Source: Sminthopsis crassicaudata (taxonomy: Eukaryota). Taken from it: 64,000 nt of DNA. This document shows, one piece after another, positions 49,708-62,599 of the stretch. How positions within the stretch are numbered: the first letter of the stretch is position 1; each line of letters opens with the position of its first letter. Below the pieces are notes generated by a model. It was not told the origin of the DNA. It was given only the letters and a program-made list of their open reading frames with translations, and did not search any database. The position numbers were made by a program, and so were the translations under genes. The stretch is taken from assembly GCF_048593235.1 (NCBI RefSeq), contig NC_133618.1:292789882-292853881 (forward strand), in the 5' to 3' direction.

Positions 49708-49836
49708 TAGGCAGTTGGGGTTAAGTGACTTGTGCAGGGTCACACAGCTAGGAAGTCTTAAGTGTCTGAGACCAGATTTGAACTCAGGTCCTCCTGACTT
49801 CAGGGTGCTCTATCCACTGAGCCATCTAGCCGCCCC
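49671..49836 (-). mobile_element. WSINE1-like SINE with a 34-nt poly(A) tail
   Basis: T run 49671-49704, then gcttaggcagttggggttaagtgact...catctagccgcccc. Confidence 0.92.
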
Positions 49837-50379
49837 ATATTTACTTTTAAAGAAAAGGATTGGGTTATGGGATCTGTAATCTTCCTCTGACATGCTATGT
49901 TTCTATGAGAAGTCCATCTGATTGTTTCTGTAAGGGGATCATTCTGCCTGTGATACATCCTTCCTACTTGAGAATTATCTGTCTTGGGGCTAAGACGTGC
50001 TTCTGCCCTTCAGTTGGTACTTCTACTTCTTTGACCCTGTCTTTCTTTCCCATGGGGCTGTTCTACTTCAGGTGCTCTTCCTTAAGATCATTTCCCCTTC
50101 TGCTTCTGTCATTCACCTCAAATCCCACTTTTATCTCAACCTTGTTGGGCTTAACATTATGAAAGTGAGTTTTGTTTGTGTATCTGGCTTAGGAAAGCCT
50201 TCTAACTACTTCAACTCCTGATGGGCTGCTTTTATCTGGTCTGTCCATTTACTTTTTTTTTTTTTTTTATCTTGAATTACATTTTAAACACTTTCATCTC
50301 GAACTAGATTTCAAAAAATTTTGCATAGAAAGAAAGTAGACTTATGGAATATGTCTTTACTTATTTTCTTTCTCTTCAG

Positions 50380-50501
50380 GTACTTATTACTAATATTCAG
50401 AATAGAAGTCCTAAGCCTGGCCCTGCACTCCATGATCAAGAACTAGGTTTTTTCCTAGAAACAGGACTACAGAGAGCCCATGTCCTTTACTTCAAAAATG
50501 G
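50380..50501 (+). CDS. TTC7B: TTC7B coding exon 5 (122 nt)
   Basis: tctcttcag|GTA CTT...AAT GG|gtaaga; VLITNIQNRSPKPGPALHDQELGFFLETGLQRAHVLYFKN(G); missed by the ORF track. Confidence 0.96.
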
Positions 50502-51058
50502 GTAAGATTTTTGTCTCTTTCTAGCTCTATTCCTTCCAATGAATAAAAATAGCAAACTCTGCTCTGCTGGCTTTAGAATAATTTCTGTACTAAGCAAGCT
50601 GTTTAAAATATGAACTAGAATGGGAATGTTTGGGGCAGCTCTATAAAAATTAGGGAAAAAAAACCCAGTTCAATATTTTTGTTGGCCCTGCCTTTGCATA
50701 TACTGTGATACTGGAGGATGGGGAACAAGGAGATCTTTCAGGGATTCGGGGGTATCATTAGAGTAGGAGGGTCTGGGTAGTCTTTTCTTATGGGTTGTAG
50801 CATAGCAAAAGCCCTTGAACATTTGAAGAAAGAAGGTAATTTTCTTTTCCTTTGGCATATGAAATCCCTTTCCCCTATACTGTCATGTAGTATATAGGCT
50901 CTACCTCTCCTCAGGTAGTTTTAATAAAATTTGAAGTGTAGACTATAAATGAAATGAGGAGCCCCACATAATACATACATGTTGGGTATTGCCAATACCT
51001 TTTAAAGTTATTATTTTAAAGTTTAAATATTGATTGTAATGTTGCTAATTATGTAAAG

Positions 51059-51247
51059 CAGAGGTGTCAAACTGCTGTTCTTGCCTATTAGAGGTCTGCA
51101 AAACTCATTAATGTTTTGGAACCAGATTAAAATGCAATTGGGAAATGTTAAACAAAATAAACAAAAATACATAGAGTGTAACTCACAGTTTGCTAAAGTT
51201 AGCACATGACTCTAATTATCTATTTTTGTTTGAGTTTGACACCACTG
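51059..51247. mobile_element. Old hAT MITE, 189 bp
   Basis: TIRs CAGAGGTGTCAAACT and (revcomp) CAGTGGTGTCAAACT; decayed flanks ATGTAAAG/TTCTGAAG (5/8). Confidence 0.8.
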
Positions 51248-51702
51248 TTCTGAAGCATTTGCTTTAGGTGGTTCATGCTGTGCCAAAAGTTATATGATAA
51301 ATGCCATAATCTTTTTCCAAATCTTTTTCATTGTTGCCTATTTTAACAATGTGCTGCAGGATAGATGTACATGAAGATCAACAGTATGTATCTGGACGTT
51401 CTTGGTTGAGTCACTTCTAGTTCTTCCTAGGCTTTGCATGGGATGTCTTTTGTAGCTCTTCTAGCCTTCCTTTAGAATATAATAAAGAGTGCTTTGTAAG
51501 GCAGAAGGGACATAAATTCCAGTCCTCACAAAATGAACAAAGGTGTTCATCCTTCTCTTCATTTTTAAGAGCTTCAAAACTTGGGGCATAATTTGCAGAA
51601 GCAAGGATTTTATTTGTACGGATGGCCCAAAGCCAGCATGTATTCTTTTTCTGGAGTGGAAGAGCAGGTGGCTGCTATTTTCCAAATAAAGATAAATCAT
51701 TG

Positions 51703-52002
51703 GCTAGGCATGTTGGCACATGGCTGTGATCCTCACTACCAGGGAGGCTGAGAATGAAAGTTCTCTTGTGCTCAGGAATTCTGAGCTGTACTGGGTCATG
51801 CTGATTGAGTGTCCCCATTTAGTTTGGCATTAATTTGGTGAGTCTCTGGGATCAGGGAACCATCAGATTGTCTAAGGATGGGGTGAGCTGGCCCTAGTTG
51901 GAAAAGAATTAGGTCAGAGCTCCAATGCTGATCATGTAGAGAGCTCGGGCCTGTGAAACTCCTTTGTACTCCCAGCCTGAGCAAGATAGGGAGACCTACT
52001 CT
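51703..52002 (+). pseudogene. RN7SL: Full-length decayed 7SL (SRP RNA) copy
   Basis: Collinear with 7SL from gctaggcatgttggcaca through tctaaggatggggtgagctggccctagttggaaa to ccagcctgagcaagatagggagacc; CpGs mostly converted to TG/CA. Confidence 0.92.
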
Positions 52003-53928
52003 TTTTTTTTTTTTTTTTTTTTTAAACTGGTGTGGGGAAAAAACCTAGTCCATTATTATAGATTGGGTTTGAGAGAACCCAGTAAGCAAACTTGAGATAA
52101 ACGCTCCAAGGTTTGAAACTGTTGGCTTTGGCATGAAAATGCTTCCTGAGTCTGATCTCATCCGCAATGGATTGAGATAGAGAAATGCATGACTTTTGAC
52201 TCCAGTGTTATATTCTAGCTTATTGGCTATTATAGTTAGTGGGTAAGGGAAAATGGAACATGTTTCTCTTATTCCATTTTTCTACTTTCTCAATTTAGAA
52301 GACTTTTTGTTATAAACTGTCCCCCTCTCCCAATATTCTCTTCCTTTTCATTAATTCTGACAAGCCATAAGCAATGTTAAGGAAATGAAAAAATTCTAAA
52401 GGAAGGGCTTCATTCTTGTGGGTCTTAGATATAGTATCATCTCCTGAAATTCAGTGCTAGAGGTTGGGGAGTATGAGATGGGATGAAAAGGAAGCAAAGA
52501 TGTTCCAAACTCCATTCTATTTATTTCCTTGACATGTCACCTCTATGTGTCAACTACACATTTTAAAACAATAGTTTTGTTCTTCATGGACCAATAAATT
52601 GTAGATTGTTTAATTCCATGATGTCTCTTCTCCTTCATATTGTACTACCCATTAACTTGATATTAAGGAAATTTAATACTTTTAAAGGACTTAATTTTTT
52701 CCCTCTAATATTTCTCAATGACACTTCTTGTTGGATTTTCAATTCCAACTGCTTGATAATGGTGATGTATATTTGCTTCTGCAGAAGTGACAAGAGAGTT
52801 TTGACTATTGAGTCTGGGTTAAATGTCACAAAACATGAGGAGAGACAGCAGTCTTAAGACTTGGCCTTTTTGATCTGCCTTTACATAAATAATTTACATA
52901 AATAAAAGCCATGAGTAGAAGAAATTTGTCATAGTCTTAGGGTGAATGTCTCCATGTTGGTGCAAATAAGTGGTGTTGGAGGCCAGAGAGATCCATCCTG
53001 GAGGGGTTTTCAGTTTGGTCATCAAACCAACAGGTCAGTATTCAAAATGCTGAAAGTGGTAGCAACTGGACTAAATGGTTTTAATATAGAAGTTGATATT
53101 GTTGATGAAGATGAAGGGGTTTCATTAAAGAGTCCTGTGTTTATTGTCCTGCTTTTTCTCTTTTCCTCACTCCCACATTATCTTTATGTCCTCTGAATTG
53201 GCTGATATTTTATTTTTGGAGGTACAAAAAACTTCCAGTTCTTCTGTGTTCCTGGAATGAAGGGAAACAGATGGGGGTTTTGATTGATTTTTTTTTTCAG
53301 TTGTGAAAAATGTAGCAACATGAGTTTAACAAATAAAAGATGGATAAGAATATCCTTATTCTCAAGAAATATTTCTTTCAGTTTCATGGGTGTCATTGCC
53401 AATATCCATTGGACTTATAGTAATTGAATTTTTTTTTCTTATAGTGTCTCATCTTCTCTCAAAGTGATTACCAAATAGATGAACCTGGGATTTATCCATC
53501 TATTGAGTAAACCCCAGAATACAACTTTACCTTTGTTAGTGCAGAGAAACCTTAATCATCCCATAGTACCATATTTAGAAAGTATCTTAAGAATTTATCT
53601 TATCTATCCCTTTCTCTACAAAATTCAATTCAGTTTTTCAGACATTTATTATATATCTGACATATGGCCAGAACATTGAGAATATAGAGGGAAATTGCAT
53701 CACTCTTGCCTTTGGGGTGTTTCATTTTACAAAGCATATATGATAATTGTGAAAGACAGATTCATACAGAATTTGGAGGATGAGATCAAGGAATTTATAA
53801 GGGCTTTGTATATGATATAATTCAATTCATGTTTATCATTCCGTTCAACCTGCTTTTTGGTAATTTGGTAAGAAAGGAAGACAACTTTAGACAACTTAGA
53901 CAACTGTCTAAGGTCACTAGCTACTTAA

Positions 53929-54342
53929 TGACAGACCTGGGACTCCTCTGGGAAAGAATCTGTAGAGGGCTGAAACTCCAAAAAGGTATGCCTGAATCAG
54001 ACAACTGAGCACTTAAGGCTAATTACCTATTCCATGTGAGATAATGGCTCTATTAGCATATATTTGGATAAATGGCTCATTCAATCTTGCTGAATGTTTG
54101 GTGTTAAGATAATCATTGGCAAGGATTGGAGGGTGGAGGGAGAGAGGCCAGAGTCATTTGCCCACAGGACAAGGAGGAGAGAAGCTGGAGACTCCAGACT
54201 CCAGAATCCAGGAGACATCTTTGGCAAGCCTTGTGACAGCTTGCCTACCTCCTTCACTTCTCCTTCTAAAGACCAAGGACTTTGATTTATCCTGACTCTG
54301 GCTCACCCTGAAGCCCTCCAGGCAACTAGCCCATACTTTATA
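53929..54342 (+). mobile_element. Probable solo LTR
   Basis: 3' end taaagacc...tcctgactctgg...ctccaggcaactagccc resembles the LTR end at 1-104; TSD not resolved. Confidence 0.55.
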
Positions 54343-54728
54343 GAATCTATTAAAGAAATATTACCCAAACTCTGCCTTGAAAGAAAGCCTTTCATAAGTT
54401 GGAGATGAGGAAAGAAGAAAATATGTCTTAAGTACCAGATGTAGATGGTCTGTGCAAATGTAATAAGGTAGGAGAGAGTAATAAGGATCAGAGAATAGCT
54501 AATTGAAAGCATGAAAAAGCATAGAATGAAATATGGATGGAATGGTAGCTTGAAATCGGGTCATAGTAAGCCTTGAAATTCAAGATGAGTTTGTATCATA
54601 TAAAATATGATACAATATTGTATTATGATATACTGGCTGAACAGGAAAGGGTAAGAAGTCTCTCAAAAGTGGCTAAAACCTAAACCATAGAAAACTAATT
54701 TTTTTCTTCCCTTCAAATCCCTCACTTT

Positions 54729-56069
54729 TTTAAAAATTAATTTTATAATTATAATTTTTTGTACATATGCATGGGTACTTTATTTTTTTACAACATTATC
54801 CCTTGTATTCATTTTTCCAAATTTTCCCCTCCCTCCCCTAGATGACAGGCAATCCCATACATATTTAATGTATAACCTAGATACAATATATGTGTGTAAA
54901 ACCAAATTTCTTGTTGTGAGATAAGAATTGGATTCCGAAGGTATAAGTAACCTGTGTAGAAAGACAATAGTGCAAACAGTTTACAATCAATTCCCAGTGT
55001 TCCTTGTCTGGGTATAGCTGTTTCTGTCCCTCATTGATCAACTGAAAGTGAATTAGATTTTCTTTATGTTGAAGATATTCACTTCAATCAGAATATATCT
55101 TCATACAGTATCGTTGTTGAAATGTCCAGTGATCTCCTGGTTCTGCTCGTTTCACTCAGCATCAGTTGATGTAAGTCTCTCCAAGCCTCTCTGTATTCCT
55201 CCTGTTGGTCATTTCTTACCGAACAATAATATTCCATAACCTTCATATACCATAATTTACCCAACCATTCTCCAATGGATGGACATCCATTCATCTTCCA
55301 GTTTCTATCACTACACAAAGAGCTGCCACAAACATTTTGGCACATACAGGTCCTTTTCCTTTCTTTAGAATTTCTTTGGGATATAAGCCCAGTAGTAGCA
55401 CTGCTGGATCAAAGGGTATGCACAATTTGATAACTTTTTGGGCATAATTTTAGATTGCTCTCCAGAATGGCTGGATTCTTTCACAACTCCACCAGCAATG
55501 CATCAGTGTCCCCGTTTTCCCACATCCCCTCCAACATTCATCGTTATTTGTTCCTGTCATCTTAGCCAATCTGGCAGGTATGTAGTGGTATCTCAGAGTT
55601 GTCTTAATTTGCATTTCTCTTATCAATAGTGATTTGGAACACTCTTTCATGTGAGTGGATATAGTTTCAATTTCATCATCTGAGAATTGTCTGTTCATAT
55701 CTTTTGACCATTTATCAATTGGAGAATGGTTTGATTTCTTATAGAGTCAGTTCTCTATATATTTTGGAAATGAGGCCTTTATCAGAACCTTTAACTATAA
55801 AAATATTTTCCCAATTTGTTATTTCCCTTCTAATCTTGTTTGCATTAGTTTTATTTGTACAAAAGCTTTTTAATTTTATATAATTAAAATCCTCTATTTT
55901 GTGATCAATAATGATCTCTAGTTCTCCTTTGGTCATAAATTCCTTCCACCTCCACAAGTCTGAGAGGTAGACTATCCTCTGTTCCTCTAATCTATTTATG
56001 ATCTCATTCTTTATGCCTAAATCATGGACCCATCTTGATCTTATCTTGGTATATGGTGTTAAGTGTGGG
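54729..56069 (-). mobile_element. 5'-truncated L1 with TSD
   Basis: 15-bp TSD CAAATCCCTCACTTT (54714-54728) / CAAATCCTTCACTTT (56070-56084); ORF2 C-terminus broken into three ORF-track pieces. Confidence 0.94.
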
Positions 56070-56844
56070 CAAATCCTTCACTTTCATAAGGAGCTTCCAT
56101 AGCCTAGGTTTTTACAGTTTTTATTAATATCATCATAAAAGCTCTATCCATCCTATTCTTTTATATTTTAGCTAAGTCATTTCTGCTTCAAGGGAGGTCA
56201 TTTTCTTCTTTTTCTGTCTTCATTAGAAGGAAAGAACAGCTGATTGCAATAAATATTTGTGGAATTAAATCTAAGTGTTATCCCTTCTGTCCCAAAGTTC
56301 CTTCTTGCACAACTAGTTTTGGAATATAAATCCATCTGTTCATCTTATAGCTGCAGGTGGTAGGAAACTTGCCTGTTGGAGGAAGCTACGAATGCCTGGC
56401 ATTTGGGACTTTTCACAATTGGGCTCTAAGCTATCTTTCCAACTTTATTTCAATCTATTCTCATTGTATTATGTATTCTAACAAAGTTGCACTAATCATA
56501 GTGTGTCAGATTTGTTTCCTTAAGCAAATCATTTGACTTCCCAAAGCCTTATTTCCCTTTTCCCTCTAATGAGTTTCAGACTTGATCATCTGAGGCCTGA
56601 TATTTAGTGGTTCAGTGATGCTTTTTCTTCTTCAGGCTTTTGTTTAGAGTATTTCTTAGCTCAGGAATAATTACATACATTTGTGAATATCCCACTGTCC
56701 CACTCATTAAGACTCCCTCAGCTCAGATGATACTCTTTACCTTTCCCTGATTTCTCCTTTCCCCAGGTTGGCATATCTTTTTCTTATATGATTTTGTAGC
56801 TATTATGTGCTTAGATTATTCTAATTTTTTTTAAAGTTTGTGTA

Positions 56845-57025
56845 TAGATAATTTATATAGACAATATGATTGCACATGTATAAGTTACATATGATTACTG
56901 TCTCAGGGAGCAGGGAAGGAAGGTGTGGAGGAGGTATGGAATTTGGAACTTGATACTTTGAAAAAATGTTAAACAGTTGTTTTAATATTTAATTGGGGAA
57001 AATAAAATATGTTAAATAAAAACAA
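56845..57025 (+). mobile_element. Old L1 3' UTR end, sense strand
   Basis: tgattgcacatgtataa...ggaatttggaact...taattggggaaaataaaat. Confidence 0.7.
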
Positions 57026-58556
57026 TAATTTATTGAGTGTTTATTATGTTCGAGGTACTATCCTGAGTACTGGGATACAAAGAGCATTAAACATTCTCTC
57101 CCCTCAAGAATTTCACAATCTGGCAGGGAAATACAATACATAAAAAGAAGCTGAAAGGGAGTAGGAGCAGGGTACTTGGCTCAGGGTTCATTCCTTAGAC
57201 ACACCCTTCTGAAATGGTAGAGGATGGGGGAGGAGCTCTCCAGTGCCCATCCTTTCCATGTGTGTTGGGGGAAGAGGGGTTTGGAGGATTGAGGAGGTGG
57301 CCAGAGTTGATTTTATCTTGCCAATTGTAGAATTGGGGGGGTGGGAGGGAGCACTTGGATTAGTTGATCTATAAGGTTCTTTCCAGTTCTCCAACCTATG
57401 ATGCTCTGGTTTTATAATCCCCACTGGATTCTACACTCCCTGAAAATAGAGACAGGGTTCCCTCAGAACTTATTGCATAGAACTTAGTGGGTGCTTAAAA
57501 ATGTTTGTTGGATAAATGAGGCAATATTTTATGGCTCAATGATGAATGGAATCCTAAGACTAAAGACCATCAGAGAGCAAAGCCTACCTCCTTGTTATTT
57601 TGGGTGACTTGGTCACAATGGGCACATAATAATAATTACTGTATTGGTTTTAATATAGGATACCCTGAGATAGGTTACATTTCTAAAATGTACTCTTATT
57701 GAAACACACACACACACGTGCATTTATAAACTGAAAAGAAGTTAATAGCTTGCTTATATAAGCCCAATTTCGGGAAAAATGTATATGTATCAATATGATT
57801 CTGACAACTGACAGTTGACCAGTTGATTCTATAGAAATTGGAAGGCAACCAAAATTGTATTTCAATTGAATAAATGAACTCTTGAAAAAATGGACTTTTT
57901 CATTTTTATTATTCATCTTCATATAGAAACTTTTCAGCTTAAAATAAAGACTCCATCTTTGACCATTCTTGTGAGTCTCCTGCCTTCATTACTTCTCCAC
58001 TAGTCCAAGGACTTGGGCAGGTCAAAAGGTCCTCCAGAGAGCTATATTTTGGCATCCCAACTTGGGGGCTCTAGAAAGCAGGATATATTAATCATGCTGG
58101 TGTGGGGGGGTACGTTTTGTTGCCCCAACTTGGAAGCTCTAGAAAGCACACTACAGTTTCTAATGCAGGCATCTATGTAAAAGAAAAATGCTAATAGAGT
58201 GATTGCAATTGTAATTATTATGGAATGTGTGCTTGTAGTATGAATTATTCAATTTATGGGATTAAAAATATTTAAATACTTCTAATTAACAAAGAAAATT
58301 GAAGATATTTCATGCTTTTCAACCATTCCAGTCTTTATTGTCACCAGAGTGAATAATAAAATAAGATTAAAAAATATGAATTCACTGTGATTTAATTTAA
58401 TTGGTTTCTTTTGGGACAGTTTGTTTCTTTTTTCTAGACATAGTTGCTCTTGAACATGCAGTTTACCTTCGTTTTTAGCATGCATCACCTTGTTTGTTTT
58501 CAGAAGTTGATTCCTGAAAGAACTGAGTGTTGAGTGCAGTTTGGCTTTGTGGGGCC

Positions 58557-58737
58557 CTGGTCAAATAGAAAGGAAGCCACTAAACTGTACATAAGGATCC
58601 CTGTACCCCATGTATTGTCTTAGAAAACCACATGTTTACATTATCTATGTTTTATTTATCTTGTTAAATATTTTCCAGTTACATTTTAATTTGATTCAGC
58701 CTCATTAAGGAGTGTGGGTCACATATTTGACACACTT
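58557..58737. mobile_element. hAT MITE, same family as 51059-51247, opposite orientation
   Basis: tcaaatagaaaggaagccactaaactgtacataaggatccctg...ttacattttaatttgattc...atatttgacac. Confidence 0.65.
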
Positions 58738-59084
58738 TTTCCTAGAGGATACTTGGAATAGGAATGAAAGTGAAAACATTTAAGTGAATGAGGGAGGATT
58801 TTACAGATACCTTGGGAGGGGAAGGTAAGCAAAAAAAAGCAAACCTTGTTTTTTAAAATGTCTATGACAATAAGGCTATACAACATGGGTGTCATTGAGG
58901 AGCTGAAGGCTCCATTGCTACTGATTACATTCCATGTTTTGGTTAATTATCTTCTAATTGTTTTTTATCCACAAGGAGGGAGAGAGTTAAAGACAGAGCA
59001 AGTGAATTTTGGGAAGGACTTTGAAATTATGCAAATAAAGAGACTAAAGTGTCTGTACTCTTTCATTCATTAAGAGGTTGCTGA

Positions 59085-59450
59085 TAAGAAAGTTACCAAA
59101 TACACTAAAATATTTTTAACAGTAGTTTTTATGACAGAAAAGAATTGGAAACAAAGTTACCACTTGAGGAATGGCTAAACAAACTGGTACCTGAATATAG
59201 TATAGTATTACTGTGTAATAAGAAATGTATTGAAAAGATCTACTTGAACTTTTGAAATACAGTTTGAAGTAAGCAGAGGTAAGAAAACATTATGCACGCT
59301 TACCATAACTATGTAAAGTGAATGTTGTAGAATTATAAAGGAGAAGCATGGCTTCTGAGAGGATGTCTCAATCCACTTCTTCACAGAGGAAGGAGGCCTT
59401 ATAAGTGTTGTACATTGCGTGTTTTTGGATTTTTTCCTATGTTGTGATAT
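59085..59450 (+). mobile_element. Old L1 3' fragment, sense strand
   Basis: aagaattggaaacaaag...ggaatggctaaacaaactgg...gaagtaagcagaggtaagaaaaca. Confidence 0.65.
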
Positions 59451-59589
59451 AAGACAGTGCTAATTAAAATCTTACCACTTATCTTACAGAATTGGTGAAG
59501 TGAATGTTCTTTGTTAACCCTTAAATTATGTAATTTATGATTATTGTTCTTAAATTTCTTTCACTAAATTTCTTTCCACTAAAATTAGG

Positions 59590-59910
59590 TAGAATTATAG
59601 TAGTTGAATGACTGGACCCAGAGTACTCATCAATGGTGTTCATCACCTTGGAAGGAGATTTTCAGTTACGTGACCCAAGTAGATGTTGTATAATTTATTT
59701 TATCAGTCATTTAGATAAAGGCATACACGGTGTGCTCATCAAATCTTCAAATGGTCCAAATCAAGGAAGATTCGCTAACTTGTTAGGTGGTCAAATCCAA
59801 ATACACAAAGATCTTGATAGACTGATATTAAATTAACTCAATCAATAAAATAAAGATAAAATGACTAGGGATAGTATATACAACTTTGGTTAAAAAAAAA
59901 CTTCGTGGTT
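59590..59910 (+). mobile_element. CR1/L3 reverse-transcriptase remnant
   Basis: FISHLDKGIHGVLIKSSN...QIHKDLDRL resembles CR1 RT FINDLDxGIEGxLIKFADD...IQxDLDRL. Confidence 0.75.
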
Positions 59911-60857
59911 ATATTTCATTCAACATTCAAGCAATAGTTTCTGAGATTATTCACAATTTATCATATATATGAGTGTGTGTTTGTGACTACTTGTACATAG
60001 TTTGCATCTTGCCTCCTCCTTGAGGATTGTGAGCTCTGGGAGAGCAGGGGCTGTTTTTGCCTTTTTCTGTATTCTCAATGTTTAATTCAGTGCCCAAGAT
60101 ATAATGGGAACTTAATAATTATTTGTAGACTTGGTGTAACTTGACCTTTTACAGATAACGGATAGTATGTTAGTATGGTACATATGCAGGAACAATGGTT
60201 TAAAATCATAAAAAAGCAAAAAGTTAGATATAAAGGAAAAACTTCCTAACAATTAGAATCATCCAAAGAAATGGGTTTTGGAGGTAAATTTCCCTTTGCT
60301 AAAGCCCTTTCTTGTTAATTCTGCTGTAAAAGAAATTCTTGTTCAGATAAAACTTGTATCAGATCGCCCTTAAGGTCCTCTTCAGTTCTGGATTTCAGTG
60401 ATTCTGACTCATTGAAATGTTTAGTTAAAGGTACAGCTGAAGATTCTGTCCTCACCTAACCCTTACTGTTATTCATATTACCTGTGACTACTTCTCAGAA
60501 CATCTAGAGACATGAGAAGGTAGCATTAATGTCTCCTGATGAATGCCTATACCCAATGAAGAGGTAACTAAATCCTATAATCACTTTGTGTGGCAGATGG
60601 GAAATGAAGGATAATAGAAAAAGTCAGGAGAAAGAATAGAGCTACAAAAGTAAATCAGTAAAGACAGGGTGTCACAAGTCCATAAAGTTTAGAAACTACT
60701 GCCCTAAAAATAAGTTCGGCTGGAAAATATCAGATATCCTGCAGCTCTGATACTTCGTGCAAGGAAATGGTTTTTGGCTATTTCTAAGAGAGTCCATATT
60801 AAGACAGCATTGACTCATGCCTTCCAGAAAAAGATAGGCAGCTAGGTAAGAGCTTCT

Positions 60858-61089
60858 TTATTTTTTTATTTTTTTATTTTTTTAACTTTATATTTATACA
60901 TTTTTTTCTGACAGTATATATGCATGAGTAATTTTTTTGTAACATTATCCCTTGTATTCATTTTTCCAAATTTTCCCCTCCCCCAGATGACAGTCAATCC
61001 CATACATTTTACATGTGTTACAGTATAACCTAGATACTACAATACATGTGTGTAAATCCAATTTTCTTGTTGCATGTTAAGTATTAGAT
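60858..61089 (-). mobile_element. Short L1 3' UTR insertion (232 bp) with perfect TSD
   Basis: 15-bp TSD TAGGTAAGAGCTTCT at 60843-60857 and 61090-61104. Confidence 0.93.
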
Positions 61090-61749
61090 TAGGTAAGAGC
61101 TTCTAAGTAAGACACTTTAATTGAACTGGTTGGGTCAACCAGTTCAATTACACAACTATTTAATTCACTGACTGATTTTTTTTCCCCCCTAAACAAAAAA
61201 TTCCCATTCCATTTGTTTTACTGAAATGAAAGACAGTGAACTAGAATGTATTCTCTTATTAAAGGTTAATAAAGGTTTTAGACTGCTGGGGTTTCTAAAG
61301 CTTTTTAAGTGCTACCATTTATGAAATATATAGAAAAGCAATTATCTCCTCCTCTATCTGTCATTGAAAAGAGTGATCTTGGGATTCAATAATTAAAACT
61401 GGGAGAAAAAACATCCCCACCCTAAAATGAGATATTTAGTAAAAAATAAAAAGCAATTTTTTGATCTGTGTTTCATTAAAATAAATGATTTGATTTGGAC
61501 TGGGGCTTTGTGCCACTAAAAAAGAAGTAATAGAAGGTTTTTTTTTTTTTGGAAGTGTTAAAAATAGTTTTGCCATCTAACAGGCAAATTAAAGGCTTAT
61601 TTTCTAAATGTAAAATTCTTTCCCCCACCATATGACATTCTTAAAGGAGAGAGTGAAAAGTGCTATAGTAGGGTTAGGAGACTTCAGCTCTGACACTAAA
61701 CCGATGACTATGGAAAAGTCATTTCAAACCTCTATGCTTCCCCTCACCC

Positions 61750-62423
61750 TTTTTTTGACAGAATATATGCATGGGTAATTTTCCCCTTGCAATCACTTCT
61801 GTTCCAACTTTTCCCTTCCCTTCCTCTACTCCCTCCCCTAGATGGCAGGCAGTCTCATACATGTTAAATATGTTAAAGTATATCTTAAATACAATACATA
61901 TATATGTACACATCTGTACAAGTTCTCTTGTTGCATAAGAGAAATTGGATTCAGAAAGGTAAAAATAATCTGGGAAGAAAAACAAAAATGCAAGTAGTCC
62001 ACATTCATTTTCTAGTGTTCTTTCTCTGGGTATAACTGGTTCTGTCCATCATTGATCAATTGGAGCTGAATTAGATCTTCTCTTTGTTGAAGATATCTAC
62101 TTCCATCAGAAATGGATATATCTTCATATAGTATTGTTGTTGAAGTGTATAATGATCTCCTGGTTCTGCTCATTTCACTTAGCATCAGTTCATCTAAGTC
62201 GCTCCAAGCCTCTCTCTATTCATCCTGCTGGTCATTTCTTACAGAGCAATAATATTCCATAACATTTATATACCATAATTTACCCAACCATTCTCCAATT
62301 GATGGGCATCCATTCAATTTCCAGTTTCTAGCGACCACAAAAAGGGCTGCCACAAACATTTTGGTACATACAAGTCCCTTTCCCTTTAATATCTCTTTGG
62401 GATATAAGCCCAGTAGTAACACT
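61750..62423 (-). mobile_element. L1 3' end nested in a MIR
   Basis: ORF2 tail (LLGLYPKEILK...RNDQQDE); imperfect TSD tgcttccc at 61735 and 62426; MIR halves on both sides. Confidence 0.88.
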
Positions 62424-62599
62424 TGTGCTTCCCTTTCATCCTCTGTAAAATTAAAGGACTGAATGTCCTGGTGGAGGGAGAGTTGCTCCAGAAGCCAGGG
62501 GAATATAGTTCTTATCCCACACCTGACATGCTCCTGCTGTGTTATCCTGGGCACTTAACATCTCAGGGAGCTGGACATTGCATTATATTCTTCTACTTG

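Noticed and set aside
49541-49879. 112-aa ORF with a poly-Phe stretch (and similar ORFs at 4242, 1990, 63034)
   Set aside because: Translations of poly-T tails and SINE or L1 antisense sequence
50371-50385. AG|GT at the exon 4 and 5 acceptors as recursive splice sites
   Set aside because: The downstream hexamers GTCTTT and GTACTT are poor 5' splice sites and are explained by coding sequence
51703-52002. Functional 7SL gene
   Set aside because: Many substitutions, including near-complete CpG loss, across conserved helices
53880-53911. Triplicated ACAACTT(T)AG with a small hairpin TTAGAC-AACT-GTCTAA
   Set aside because: Too short to separate from chance in AT-rich DNA
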